DNA from: Eledone cirrhosa
Taxonomy: Eukaryota
Length of the DNA: 64,000 bases
Direction: 5' to 3'
NCBI GenBank assembly: GCA_964016885.1
Contig: OZ024747.1
Coordinates: forward strand, 25,544,001 to 25,608,000
Positions 28,780 through 43,185 of this stretch are shown here, piece after piece (the first letter of the stretch is position 1; each line of letters opens with the position of its first letter). Both the position numbers and the translations under genes were made by a program. The notes beneath the pieces were generated by a model. It did no database searches, had not been told where the DNA came from, and saw only the letters and a program-made list of their open reading frames with translations.

Positions 28780-30178
28780 GGAAAGAGACAACACAGATGT
28801 TGACACTGATGTTACAATTGGTAAGAGACAACAAATGTTTATAGTGGTATTACAATTGGTAAGAGACACAAATGTTGACAGTGATGTTACAATTGGCAAG
28901 AGACAACACAAATGTTTACACTGGTATTACAATTGGTAAGAGACACAAATGTTGACAGTGATGTTACAATTGGTAAGAGACAACACAAATGTTGATACTG
29001 GTGTTACAATTGGTAAGAAACAAATGTTTACACTGATGTTACAGTTGGAAAGTGACAAAAAATGTTTGTAGTGGTATTACAATGTTGACATTGATGTTAC
29101 AAATGGTAAAAAACAACACGAATGTTGACACTGGTGTTACAATTGGTAAGAGACACAACAAATGTTTACACTGATGTTACAGTTGGTAAGAGACAAATGT
29201 TGACACTAGTGTTACAGTTGGTAAGAAACAACACAAATGTTGACACTGGTGTTACAGTTGGTAAGAAACAACACAAATGTTGACACTGGTGTTACAGTTG
29301 GTAAGAAACAACACAAATGTTGACACTGGTGTTACAGGTGGTAAGAAACAACACAAATGTTGACACTGGTGTTACAGTTGGTAAGAAACAATACAAATGT
29401 TGACACTAGTGTTACAGGTGGTAAGAAACAACACAAATGTTGACACTGGTGTTACAGTTGGTAAGAAACAACACAAATGTTGACACTAGTGTTACAGTTG
29501 GTAAGAAACAACACAAATGTTGACACTAGTGTTACAGGTGGTAAGAAACAACACAAATGTTGACACTAGTGTTACAGGTGGTAAGAAACAACACAAATGT
29601 TGACACTAGTGTTACAGTTGGTAAGAAACAACACAAATGTTGACACTAGTGTTACAGGTGGTAAGAAACAACACAAATGTTGACACTGGTGTTACAGTTG
29701 GTAAGAAACAACACAAATGTTGACACTAGTGTTACAGTTGGTAAGAAACAACACAAATGTTGACACTAGTGTTACAGGTGGTAAGAAACAACACAAATGT
29801 TGACACTAGTGTTACAGGTGGTAAGAAACAACACAAATGTTGACACTAGTGTTACAGTTGGTAAGAAACAACACAAATGTTGACACTAGTGTTACAGTTG
29901 GTAAGAAACAACACAAATGTTGACACTAGTGTTACAGGTGGTAAGAAACAACACAAATGTTGACACTAGTGTTACAGTTGGTAAGAAACAACACAAATGT
30001 TGACACTAGTGTTACAGGTGGTAAGAAACAACACAAATGTTGACACTGGTGTTACAATTAGTAGGAAACGACACAAATGTTGACACTGGTGTTACAGTTG
30101 GTAAGAAACAACACAAATGTTGACACTGGTGTTACAATTAGTAGGAAACGACACAAATGTTGACACTGATGTTACAAT
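28780..30178. repeat. 40-bp minisatellite (GTAAGAAACAACACAAATGTTGACACT[A/G]GTGTTACAG[T/G]TG)
   Basis: Homogeneous 40-bp period ~29200-30060; degenerate units on both flanks. Confidence 0.97.
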
Positions 30179-31457
30179 AGCAATAAGCTTTTTAAAGCCA
30201 TTTTCTCTGTTAAAGCAGCAGTTAACCTAGCTGACACCATGGTAGACTTTTAGGGACCTTCTAGAGACAATGCTTTACAGCCAGATGCTGGCACCTAACT
30301 ATTCAGTCACCTTGTATGACACAGGGAAACAGTGTATCTATTCTAAACTAAACAGCATCATCATTATCATCACCATGACAAATGGATGTGTAGTTAAGGA
30401 GTTCGCTTCACAACCATGTGGATCCAAGTTCACTTGCATTGCATGGTACCTTGGACAACAGCCTTCTACTATAGCCTCAGTTTGACCACTGTCAGAGAGT
30501 GAAATTTGGTAGACGGAAACTACAAAAGCCTGTCATGAATGCGTGTGTGTGTGTATGTGTAACAAAGTAGTTGAATAAGAAAGATATTGATATAAGAACC
30601 AGACTTGAAACATTTTAAGGCAGTGCCACAGCATGGTCACAGTCTAATGACTGAAACTAGTAAAAGAGTAAAAAATGCTAAGTTTCTCCACACATGGATG
30701 AACAACTACCCATCACTAAAGTACAGTGATAATAATGGAACTGTAGAGAACCTGATTAAATCTTTAGCTACCATCCTGAAGTGAAGGTGCCTAGCTTAGT
30801 GATTAGGATGCTGGGCTTATAAACATAAAGTCGTAGATTCAATTCCTGGTTAGAGCAATGTGCTGTCTTCTTGAGCAAGACGTTTTATTTTACATTTGTT
30901 GACCATAGGACTAAGGCTTCTGTCATTAAAGGAGGCTAGTTAAACTCACATAGGCGTGGGCTGTAAATATCATTTGGCATTTTATTTCTACTATTCTGAA
31001 ACTAACACATAGTTCTGTCCTTGATCCGAAATAAACAGCTCACACTTTGATGGATATAGAAGCATTGTGATAAGAGAACAGGAAATAGCCACCAGAGACA
31101 CCAGAAGGATAAAAATGCAGACATTTCACCTAGATATGACAAACAATGTCAGTTATATGGAATTTGTATAGAAGACATAACCGACATCTTTAGTAACTGT
31201 CAGGAAATGTCATTGAAGCATTATTAGCTTGCAATGCCATCATGGTGTCATAGAAAGTCATAATATAATACCATTCAGAAAATAACTAATCCAGCAGATT
31301 GACATAAAGAGTAAAGGTACATGGCCTAATGGTTAGGCTGTTGGTCTCACAATCATAAAATTGCAGGTTAAAACCCAGGACTGGGCTGTGCAATGTGTTC
31401 TTGAGAAAAATGCTTCATTTCATGTTGCTTTTCATGATAGGACTGTGGCCCTTATCA

Positions 31458-31665
31458 TTAACCCTTTAGCAATTACATTACTCTAAATTTACTATTGTAT
31501 TTTCATGGTAAATACTTCATCTCACATATCGAATCTGAGATTATGATATTTATTTTGAGAACAATACCTTAAAGTTGGTATGAGGGGCCAATTACAGCCA
31601 GTTTGAACAGAAAAATATGAGAGAATTCTGGCCAGATACGGCCGGTTTAAATGCTAAAGGGTTAA
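31458..31665 (-). mobile_element. piggyBac-like MITE (family 1) inserted in a family-C SINE
   Basis: TTAA|CCCTTTAGCAATTAC ... AAATGCTAAAGGG|TTAA; empty site CTATCATTAA...CCCAAG present at ~15230 and ~52141. Confidence 0.88.
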
Positions 31666-32135
31666 AACAACCGAGAACCCTCATACGAGATTTGCTAAAT
31701 CTTCATAGGTGAGAGCTGTAAATTTTTTTTTTCATTTAATTTTTTTCTTCATTGATATATGGAATGTATTCACTCATAACATCCTGAAAATAGTAATAGA
31801 TACACCAGAAACAGAACATTAAAAATAATGTCCATAGATACAGACATGGCTGTGTAGTTAGGGAGCTCACTTTGTAGCAACATGCATTTAGGCTCAATCC
31901 TGTTGTGTGGCATCTTGGACAAGTGTCATCTACTATAACTTTGGATTGATCAATGCCTTTTGAGTGAAATTTTGTAGGTGGAACCTGCATAAATATATGT
32001 GGTTACAGTATTGACTGACTACCATAAAAGGAATGGAAAAATTGTCATGGAAGTTAGATTTCTGATAGGTATAAACACCACTTTTCCTATAATGAATAAA
32101 GAGAATATCATATGAAAATACTGTAGCTAAATTCA

Positions 32136-32546
32136 TGGCCAGTGCTAGAATTAAGGGTAAATAGGCAGCTGCCTAGGGCACAGACATCAGAGAAGCACAT
32201 TATAGAAACTCAAAGGATCACAGTTTTATACAAATTTGTATAATTAACTTAAATATACAATTTCTGGTGACTGGTAAATAAATTGCTAAACTTCTTTGCC
32301 ATGTAGCAGTATTTTAGAAATATTCCAAGTTGTGGAGAAGGAGTTATGATTTGTCACAATTTGGCATGGGTGAGTGTGGTCTGTGTAGAAAAAGCTGCAG
32401 GTTTAGTAATTTTCTTAGTTTGGTCAAAGCATGAAGTGTCAACAACTAGGTTCATCAGCTTGCCAAAGTTGAAATCATTTTATTTGGGGGAATGGGGGAT
32501 ACATTGTAGGGCTAGACAAGGGACCTTAATACCCAGGCGCTGACCC
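32136..32546 (+). mobile_element. Old non-autonomous DNA transposon (hAT-like termini), homologous to 46530-47126
   Basis: Ends GGCCAGTGCT...GGCAGCTGCCTAGGGC and ...GGCGCTGACCC form an imperfect TIR; the interior aligns with the reverse complement of 46620-46710. Confidence 0.55.
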
Positions 32547-33599
32547 AGACTAGACTATTTGAATAAGTACTTCATAAGCAATCTCATGAAGTTTGGGTAT
32601 ACTATGGAGTGGATGAAGTCAATTTATAAACTTCATTATCTCAGCATAATGTAGCACAACTAAGGCTCACAATTCACACAAACTGCTGTTTAGGCAATCA
32701 AACCATATCTTGATAAGAAGAAATTTAAAATATTTGACACTTAAATAAATACATTATAGTATTAATATACATATAATTTCACTTTAACAACTAATATATA
32801 TATATATATATACATATATATATGCTGTATATGCACACACAACGCAAATACAGTATACAGTTTGCAAGTTCATAACAGTAGTAGCAGTAGCATCAGTAGT
32901 AGTGACATTTCAACGATAATATTAAAATATGATACACACTATAGTCATTCACATGTTCATACAGAGGATACCAATATACAAAGAATTTCATATATATATA
33001 TATATATATGATACATGTATATCATATATCTACTAATACAAAAATGATCACATATAAATTACATATACACTTCTACTACTACTATTACTATTACTAACAA
33101 CATTAGTATTTCAATATTAACCCAAATATTAATCTAAAAACCTTCCATCATAATTTTAAGTAAGAACCTTTGTTATGTTTCAAACGCCAGCCTAATAACA
33201 AGAGAATTAGTTATATTACTAAATCCATCCAAATTCTAGAATATTTTTCAAAATTGTTATAACACCATAGGCAGTGTCTTTTATTAGAAATACAGTAACG
33301 AAAGGGCTAACCATTAAATAATGCATATATCTTTCCCCCACGTACACACATTCATACATACTCTATCAACAATATATGATAAACTGTTCTAGCTAAGCAC
33401 TGCCACCTCTGTTAATCATTATATAAAGTATCTCGATCTAATTCACACACACACACACTACCAACATCACTGATTATTTCAATATTAGTATATAATAGAT
33501 ATCACACAGTGATACCATGATAAACTCTAAGCTGCCACTTCTCTACGTCATTATTAATAGTAGATAAAATTGTGTTTTAACTCTATTACTATTAATATA

Positions 33600-34620
33600 G
33601 TGGTGGTGGATTTTCAGAATCATTAGGGAATCAAACAGAATGCTTTGTGACATTTTAGTATAACTCTTTGTATTCTTAGTTCTAATCCCTCTGAGGTCAA
33701 CTTATCCTTTTATCCTCCTGGGGGCCGATAAAATGAATTATCAGTCAAGTTCATAGGTCTATTTAATCCACTAAATCCCCCACCCAAATTGCTGGCCTTG
33801 TTTCTAAATTAGAATCCATGGGAGGTGGATTGGCAGCATTGGTAGAGCATCAGACACCATGCTTCGTGACAAAGTTATGGTCCTTTACATTTTGATTTCA
33901 AATCTTGCCAAGGTTAGCTTTGTCTTTCATCCTTACAAGGTCGATAAAATATAGTACCAGTAATGAACTGGGGTTGAATTAAATTGTCTTTCCCCTCGTT
34001 CAAAATTGTTGGCTTTGTGCCTAAATCAGAAACCATTATTATATAGTATCTGCTACAGGATGGTGATTGAGTGCAAACTGAGTCTGTAACCTAACTGTAA
34101 TAATTTCTAGTTGGAGTCACTCATCACATATGACCTTGAAAAAAAAAGGGGGACAAACAATGTTGTACACACACACCTGCCTCCCATTCTAAAGGATTAG
34201 CTTTACATAGGAAATCATTTTTCAATGTATGGCAGAATGGGTAGAGCAACAAATAAAATGCTTTGAGGATATATATTTATTTAAAGCACCTTACATTCTG
34301 AGTTGAAATCCTGCTGGCTGAAGTGAGGTCGACTTTGCCTTTCATCCTTATGTGGGTGGATAAAATAAAGTCCCAGTTTTGTACTGGGGTCAATACAATC
34401 AATGAATTATATTGACCCCAGTATGCAGTAGAGTATCAAATAAAATGTTTTGAGATATTTATTTATTTTGAGTTCAAATCTTGCCGAGGTGAGATTGGCT
34501 TCGTCTTTCATCCTTCCGAGGTTAATAAAATAAAGTACCAGTTAAAAACTAAGGTCAATATAATCGACTACACCTGTCTGTAAAACATGTGGTTTTGTGC
34601 CTGTGTAAGAAATCATTATC
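33600..34620 (+). mobile_element. Cluster of head-to-tail family-A SINE copies (older, diverged)
   Basis: Four occurrences of the GCCTTTCATCC...GATAAAATAAAGTACCAG core on + strand at ~33700, 33920, 34335, 34500. Confidence 0.75.
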
Positions 34621-34732
34621 AGGTTAAATCACTGTTAATATTCTCACTTCTATAGCAGTTAGAATAACACAACCACCATCTTTCCCACAAGAGATCACAA
34701 AAGGTAGGCTTGCACATGCACAGCTGCTGTTG

Positions 34733-34766
<34 letters not shown>

Positions 34767-34778
34767 GTTATAATAAAT

Positions 34779-34821
<43 letters not shown>

Positions 34822-35305
34822 TCTCTCAAAACAGGTTTTCTGTCATGTAAGAACCTTGGGCAAGTTCTTCAATAATAACATTCTCAGAGAAACACAAAAG
34901 TAAAATAAATAGGAAATTAAATTAAGACAAATTAAAAGATGTGGAAAGCTTCGAGTAGAGGTAGGCATGGTTGGATAGTTTCAGTGCCGAAATTGTTCTG
35001 AGTTCATTTCATGTGAAGTCTGACATTGCCTTTCATTCTTCTAGTCTTCTAGGTTCGATAAAATAAATATAAACAAATCATTTGTGACTATATTTCTAAC
35101 AAGAAAACCTTTTGTGCTTAAAGAATCATTGTATGAGAGATTTATTGGCTTTCAACTTAATAATAAATAAGACAAAATGCCTGGCTTGTTTGGGAGATCA
35201 GTAGCCACCACTTCAGTACTGACTTGGTCAATGTAGAGCCATCCAACCCTTGCTAGCAGGAAAAGCAGATGATTATGAAGACAAATATTGAACTACTGAA
35301 ATAAT

Positions 35306-35492
35306 TGTTTCTACTTTAGGCACAAGGCCAGCAATTACCCAGTGCATTACTGGTACTTTATTTTATCTACCCCGTAAGGATGAAAGGCAAAGTCAACCTC
35401 GGCGGGATTTGAACTCAGATCGTAAAGGGACGTAACTATGCTGGAAAGCATGGCGTCCGACCCTCTACCGATACTGCCAATCCACCGCCCTC
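35306..35492 (-). mobile_element. Full-length young SINE (family A) with 17-bp TSD
   Basis: TGAACTACTGAAATAAT at 35289-35305 and 35493-35509; reverse strand starts GGGCGGTGGATTGGCAGTATCGGTAGAG (A box) with GAGTTCAAATCCC (B box). Confidence 0.92.
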
Positions 35493-36041
35493 TGAACTAC
35501 TGAAATAATATCTGTTATATAATAATGAGATTGCAAGACACGGTTTCAATTTAAATTTGAATGCTTTAATAGAGTCAATTTAAAGCAGCTTAAAGGGTTA
35601 AAAATGTCAGTCAAAAGAATCTGAGTAGAGAGGAAAGATCGAGTGCAGAAGATAAGTGGAATATAAGGATTAGAATAATGAGTGGGGAGTAGGTAGGGCT
35701 TAATGGACAGTGTAAGTAGAGAGTAGAGTAGGACCTAATTTAGAATGTGAGTGGAGGGTAGCGTAGCACTGAGTGTATATTGTGAGTGGAGGGTAATGTA
35801 GGATTGAGTGTAGAACGTGAGTGCAGAGTAGAGAGGGACTGAGTGTAGAACATAAATGAAAGGTAGAGTAGGACTTAATGTAGAACGTGAGTGAAGGGTA
35901 GAGCAGAACGTGAGTGGAGGGTAGAGTAGGTATGACCTAATGAAGAAGGTAGAGAGCTGAATAAACCACTTTATGGTAAACAAGTGTGACACATATAATG
36001 GACATGAAATAGTGCCAGGATTAATGTTGTAGTTTAATATT

Positions 36042-36622
36042 GAGAGAGTGAGTGAGCGAGAGAGTGAGTGAGTGAGTGAGCGAGAGAGAGTGAGTGAGTG
36101 AGCGAGAGAGAGTGAGTGAGTGAGTGAGTGAGTGAGTGAGTGAGTGAGTGAGTGAGTGAGTGAGTGAGTGAGTGAGTGAGTGAGTGAGTGAGTGAGCGAG
36201 CGAGCGAGTGAGTGAGCGTGAGAGAGAGAGTGAGTGAGCGAGAGTGAGTGAGTGAGTGAGTGAGTGAGTGAGTGAGTGAGTGAGTGAGTGAGTGAGTGAG
36301 TGAGTGAGTGAGTGAGTGAGTGAGTGAGTGAGTGAGTGAGTGAGTGAGTGAGTGAGTGAGTGAGTGAGTGAGTGAGTGAGTGAGTGAGTGAGTGAGCGAG
36401 AGAGAGTGAGAGTGAGAGTGAGCGAGAGAGAGTGAGCGAGAGAGAGTGAGCGAGCGAGTGAGCGAGCGAGCGAGCGAGAGAGAGGAGAGAGAGAGGAGAG
36501 AGAGAGGAGAGGAGAGGAGAGAGAGAGGAGGAGAGAGAGAGAGTGAGAGAGAGAGAGTGAGAGTGTGAGAGAGAGAGAGTGAGGGAGAGAGTGAGAGTGT
36601 GAGAGAGAGAGTGTGAGAGAGA

Positions 36623-36662
<40 letters not shown>

Positions 36663-36807
36663 GAGAGAGTGAGAGAGAGTGAGAGTGTGAGAGAGAGTGA
36701 GAGAGAGTGAGAGTGTGAGAGAGAGAGAGAGTGAGAGAGAGTGAGAGAGAGTGAGAGAGAGTGAGAGAGAGAGAGAGAGAGAGTGAGAGAGAGTGAGAGA
36801 GAGTGAA

Positions 36808-36886
<79 letters not shown>

Positions 36887-37132
36887 GAGAGAGAGAGAGA
36901 GTGAGAGAGAGAGAGTGAGAGAGAGAGTGAGAGAGAGAGAGTGAGAGAGAGAGAGTGAGAGAGAGAGAGAGTGAGAGAGAGTGAGAGAGAGTGAGAGTGA
37001 GAGAGAGTGAGAGAGAGTGAGAGAGAGTGAGAGAGAGTGAGAGAGAGTGAGAGTGAGAGAGAGTGAGAGAGAGTGAGAGAGAGTGAGAGAGAGTGAGAGA
37101 GAGTGAGAGAGAGAGTGAGAGCGAGAGCGAGA
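36042..37132. repeat. (GAGT)n/(GA)n microsatellite block
   Basis: Directly visible; explains the Ser/Leu/His/Thr ORFs at 35735-37187. Confidence 0.97.
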
Positions 37133-38089
37133 GCCGGCTAGCCGGCAGATATGACATATTTTCAATAACTGGTTTGAAATATTTCAAATGAAAGAGGGAA
37201 AGAGATAGGAAAATAGAGAGACAGGTAGTTAGGTGGAGAAGATATATAGAGAGGAAGATAGATAGTTATGAATGACAAGATCTATCTTTCCTACAACTCT
37301 GTGTTTTTAGTGAAAAAGAGGCCCATATTCCAATATAGACAAAGTACTGTCATGCAGTACAGCATGCCCTTTATGTCTAATATATTCAAGATGACTCTAG
37401 AAACAATCACACATACACACACCTCCACCCTAACAACAAAAAGCACCCATCCATCCAGCCTTGCAAAAATAAATAATCAATTTCAAATTTTGCCAGAAAA
37501 TAGAGCTGACATTTCTGGCATCAAAATAAAGACTGGTTATATAACACCTTTTTGATACCCACTAACTAAACTGGCCTTGGTTCTTTCATATAGAACTGTT
37601 TATTTTTATGACCAGTTCCATTATTAATATTAAAATTACTACACAACCACCACTACTACTAACTAATATTTCAATGTTAACCTTTTTGATATCAAACGGC
37701 TTAAAACTACCATTGGCAATATGATACAAAAATTAAAAATAAAGTGTTTAGAATTATCTAAATACCTTCCACCTTTCATCCTTACGGGGTCGATAAAATA
37801 AAGTGCCAGTAATACACTGGGTAATTGCTGGCCTTGTGCCAAAAGTAGAAACAATTATAATTTTATGTAAGACCTTTGTTAAATTTTCTTCCAAACACCA
37901 ACTGAATAATGAAAAACTTGGTTATTTCACTAAATCCTTCCAAATTCCTGATTATTTTCAAAATCAACTGAAAATCATATTAGAAATATAGAAATGAAAG
38001 AACAAATGTCTTTGAGGTACTTCACAAGTCAAAGTCCAATTCACTTGTCTTCCAGAAGTTCTGGAGTCGATAAAATGAGTATTAATAAT

Positions 38090-38306
38090 GGTTTCTTATG
38101 TAGGCACAAGGCCAGCAATTTTGGGGGGAGGAAAAAGTCGATGAAATCGACCCCAGTGCGTGACTGGTACTTTATTTTATCGACCCCGTAAGGATGAAAG
38201 GCAAAGTTAACCTCAGCGAGATTTGAACTCAGATCATAAAGGGCCGTAACTCTATGCGGCAAAGCATGGCGTCCGACCCTCTACCGATACTGCCAATCCA
38301 CCGCCC
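38090..38306 (-). mobile_element. Full-length SINE (family A, long variant) with 19-bp TSD
   Basis: TAAAATGAGT[A/T]TTAATAAT at 38071-38089 and 38307-38325; carries the extra TTGGGGGGAGGAAAAAGTCGATGAAATCG segment absent from short copies. Confidence 0.9.
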
Positions 38307-39284
38307 TAAAATGAGTTTTAATAATAATTTCTAATCTAGACAGAAGGCCTGAAATTTGTGGGGTGGGGAAAGTTGATTATATTGAGTTTAGTACTATACT
38401 GGTGGCAGCGAATTGGCAGAGTTGTTAGAACATTGGATAGAATGCTTTGTTCCAGCTCTCTGCCCCCGGAATTCAAATCCTGCCAAGGACAATAAAAAAC
38501 GTACTGGGGTCGATTCTTCCTCTACATCTTCCTCACTTTCTATGCTTCTTTCGAAGAAATCTGCTGTACTCAGGCTTGGAGAGGAATGGGTTCCTCCAGG
38601 TTTAAAATGCCCAAGAAATGCCAAATATCAATATGGCGACCCTACGACTCTTATCGGGAGTTACAGGACCATACATTGCTATACTGGTAGTTTATTTTAT
38701 GAAACCCAGAAGGACGAAATACTAAGTTAACCTTGGTAGGGGTTTCAACTCAGGAGGTAAAGAACTTGATGAAAGGCAAAGTTAATCATAGTGGGATTTG
38801 AACTCAAACCATAAAGAATTGGAACAAATACCAATAAGCCTTTTGTCCAGTAATCTTCTGCCAATTCCACACTGGGATCAATTATACAATTAACCATAAC
38901 CTTTACTGTAAAAAATTTGGCATTTTTCCTACTCAAATAAATTCATTTTTAATATTTTTATTTATGATATTTATACGATATCTATATGATATCTATACTA
39001 CAGATCGACCAAAACTGTAAAGAGACAGATGATGAATATTTTATGCTATCTAGTTTGGTGCCTCACTTAACAGAACTACAGAGCAGCTCAAAATCACTGT
39101 GAGGAGGTTGAGTAATTTTCATTCCCTGAACACACTGATAAAATAAATATTGGTGATGCAATCAACTCTCTACTGCTACTCATAGAAGATTGGCTGCCTG
39201 CCAACTCAGAAACAATTATTGTTGTTGTTATTATTATTGAAGCTGAAGTTATAACTGAAGTCCTGTTATTGGTTAAGTAATAAT

Positions 39285-39437
39285 TGTTTCTACTTTAGGC
39301 ACAAGGCCAGCAATTACCCAGTGCATTACTGGTACTTTATTTTATCGACCCCGTAAGGATGAAAGGCAAAGTCAACCTCGGCGGGATTTGAACTCAGATT
39401 GTAAAGGGACGTAACTATGCTGGAAAGCATGGCATCC
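39285..39437 (-). mobile_element. 5'-truncated SINE (family A) with 14-bp TSD
   Basis: GGTTAAGTAATAAT at 39271-39284 and 39438-39451. Confidence 0.9.
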
Positions 39438-39508
39438 GGTTAAGTAATAATATACATTAATAAATGTCCTTGCATAAGGTACAGTTTATGTGTGTGTGCA
39501 TATAGATA

Positions 39509-39586
39509 CAGAGTGTCCCCAAGAAATGTATACACACTTCAACAGCATTCTAATCAAAGTGTATATACATTTTGGGGGACACCCTG
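39509..39586. mobile_element. ~80-bp mariner-like MITE
   Basis: TA|CAGAGTGTCCCCAAGAAATGTATACAC ... GTATATACATTTTGGGGGACACCCTG|TA; family members at 49581-49656, 55332-55431, 57604-57701. Confidence 0.85.
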
Positions 39587-39742
39587 TATACACACACACG
39601 AATCCACAGACTCTGTCATGGCTGTATGATTAAATAAATTCACTTCTCAACCATGTGATTTTTGACTCAGTCCCACAACTCAGTATCTTGGGCAAGTGTC
39701 TTCAACTAAAGTCTCGTCTCAGGTTGGCAAATGCCTTGTGAG

Positions 39743-39835
<93 letters not shown>

Positions 39836-40314
39836 CATGTTTATGTCCTTTATGTTAGGAATTTGACAAAATATGTACTGCAGTTGATATGATTAACTAA
39901 ATCTAAGCAGTGCCCAAGCGTGGCCATAGTCTAATGACTGAAACCAGTACAAGAATATCCAAACTGAAGAGAGCAGAGAATTCACTACAAGCACTAACAC
40001 TACCACCACCCTATAATCTCCACTCATACATAATATACATAAACTACCTGGAATGTTTTGGTAAATGGAATGAACAGATGCTGAAAACCAAGAAACACCA
40101 TCAAGATTACCAATTTCCTAAGGATAACAACAACAACTACTACTACTACTACTACTAGTAGTATTAGAATCAGTAGTATTAGAAGCAATGTGTGGGATGG
40201 TAAAGGTGAAGCAGGTGAACAACAACAAATTTTGAAAAAGACACTGAAATAATAGTAAGAGTTGTGGAAAAAAAAAAGATACTATGAGAGAAAAAAGACT
40301 AAGAACTAACAGTT

Positions 40315-40785
40315 AGAGCCAAGGCTAAGAGGAAGAATTAAGAGTATGAACTAAGACTAAGAAATTAGACAAAAAGTAAGGACTGAGACTAAGAACTAAC
40401 ACTATGAGTAAAAGCCAAGACAAAGACTAAGAACTAAGACTAAGAGTGAGAACTAAGACTAAGAGTGAGAACTATGATTAAGAGTGAGAATTAAGACTAA
40501 GAAATTAGACTAAGATAAAGAGTGAGCTAAGACTAAGAGTGAGAACTAAGAATTAAGAGTGAGATTTAAGACTAAGAGTGAGAATTAAGACTACGAGTAA
40601 CTGCGACTAAGAGTGAGAACTAAGAGTGAGCATTAAGACTAAGAGAGAGAACTAAGACTGAGACTGAGTGAGAACTAAGAGTAAGAGAGAGGACTGAGAG
40701 TGAGAACTAAGAGTAAGAGTAAGAGTGAGAACTAAGAGTAAGACAGAGTGAGAAAACTAAGAGTAAGACAGAGTGAGAACAAGAC
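40315..40785. repeat. Degenerate short-period repeat (AACTAAGACTAAGAGTGAG)
   Basis: Directly visible imperfect tandem units built from CTAAGA/GTGAGA hexamers. Confidence 0.85.
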
Positions 40786-41441
40786 GAACTGGTGGAAATC
40801 TGAAGATTTTATATTGAAGTAAATACATGAGCAATGGTTCCTTTACGAATGAGTTGAAGTCCATCATATAGACACATGACACACAGTTTTATACATACAT
40901 ACATTACACATACATCACACACACATACATGATGTGTGCGTGTGCCGAACATGAAAATCAGTTTATCAATCTCTAAGTAGCGTAACGATAAGAGAACATC
41001 TTCCAAAGATTTTACAGTCTTCATCTTTAGGCAATAACGTATTTAGTGTAAGGTAGTTGTTATGTGCATCTATCATCTATCTCTCTCTCTATATATATTT
41101 ATATATACACACACACACAGGCATATATAGGTGGGTGGGGTGTATATTTTATACGCAATTATTTAGCAAATTATGTATGTATATATATATATATGTATAT
41201 ATAACATTCCAAGATACATACATACAGAAATGTCAGTGTCCGCACACACACACACACATATATATATATAATGAGATGGGGAGAGGGGTGAGATAGTACA
41301 CAGGTATTTGCATAGGTAAATATGATGTAAAATAATCTATACATAACAGAGGAATACATATTCCTGAACATTTAAGACTCACGTAACTACAGAATCATAG
41401 AATCATTAATAAGAGATGTCTACCTAGCATACATTTCTGCA

Positions 41442-43185
<1,744 letters not shown>

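Noticed and set aside
28780-30178. CRISPR-like appearance of a regular 40-bp repeat with internal palindrome
   Set aside because: No unique spacers, no cas genes, eukaryotic context.
35735-37187. 476-aa and 388-aa Ser/Leu-rich ORFs
   Set aside because: Translations of (GA)n/(GAGT)n microsatellite.
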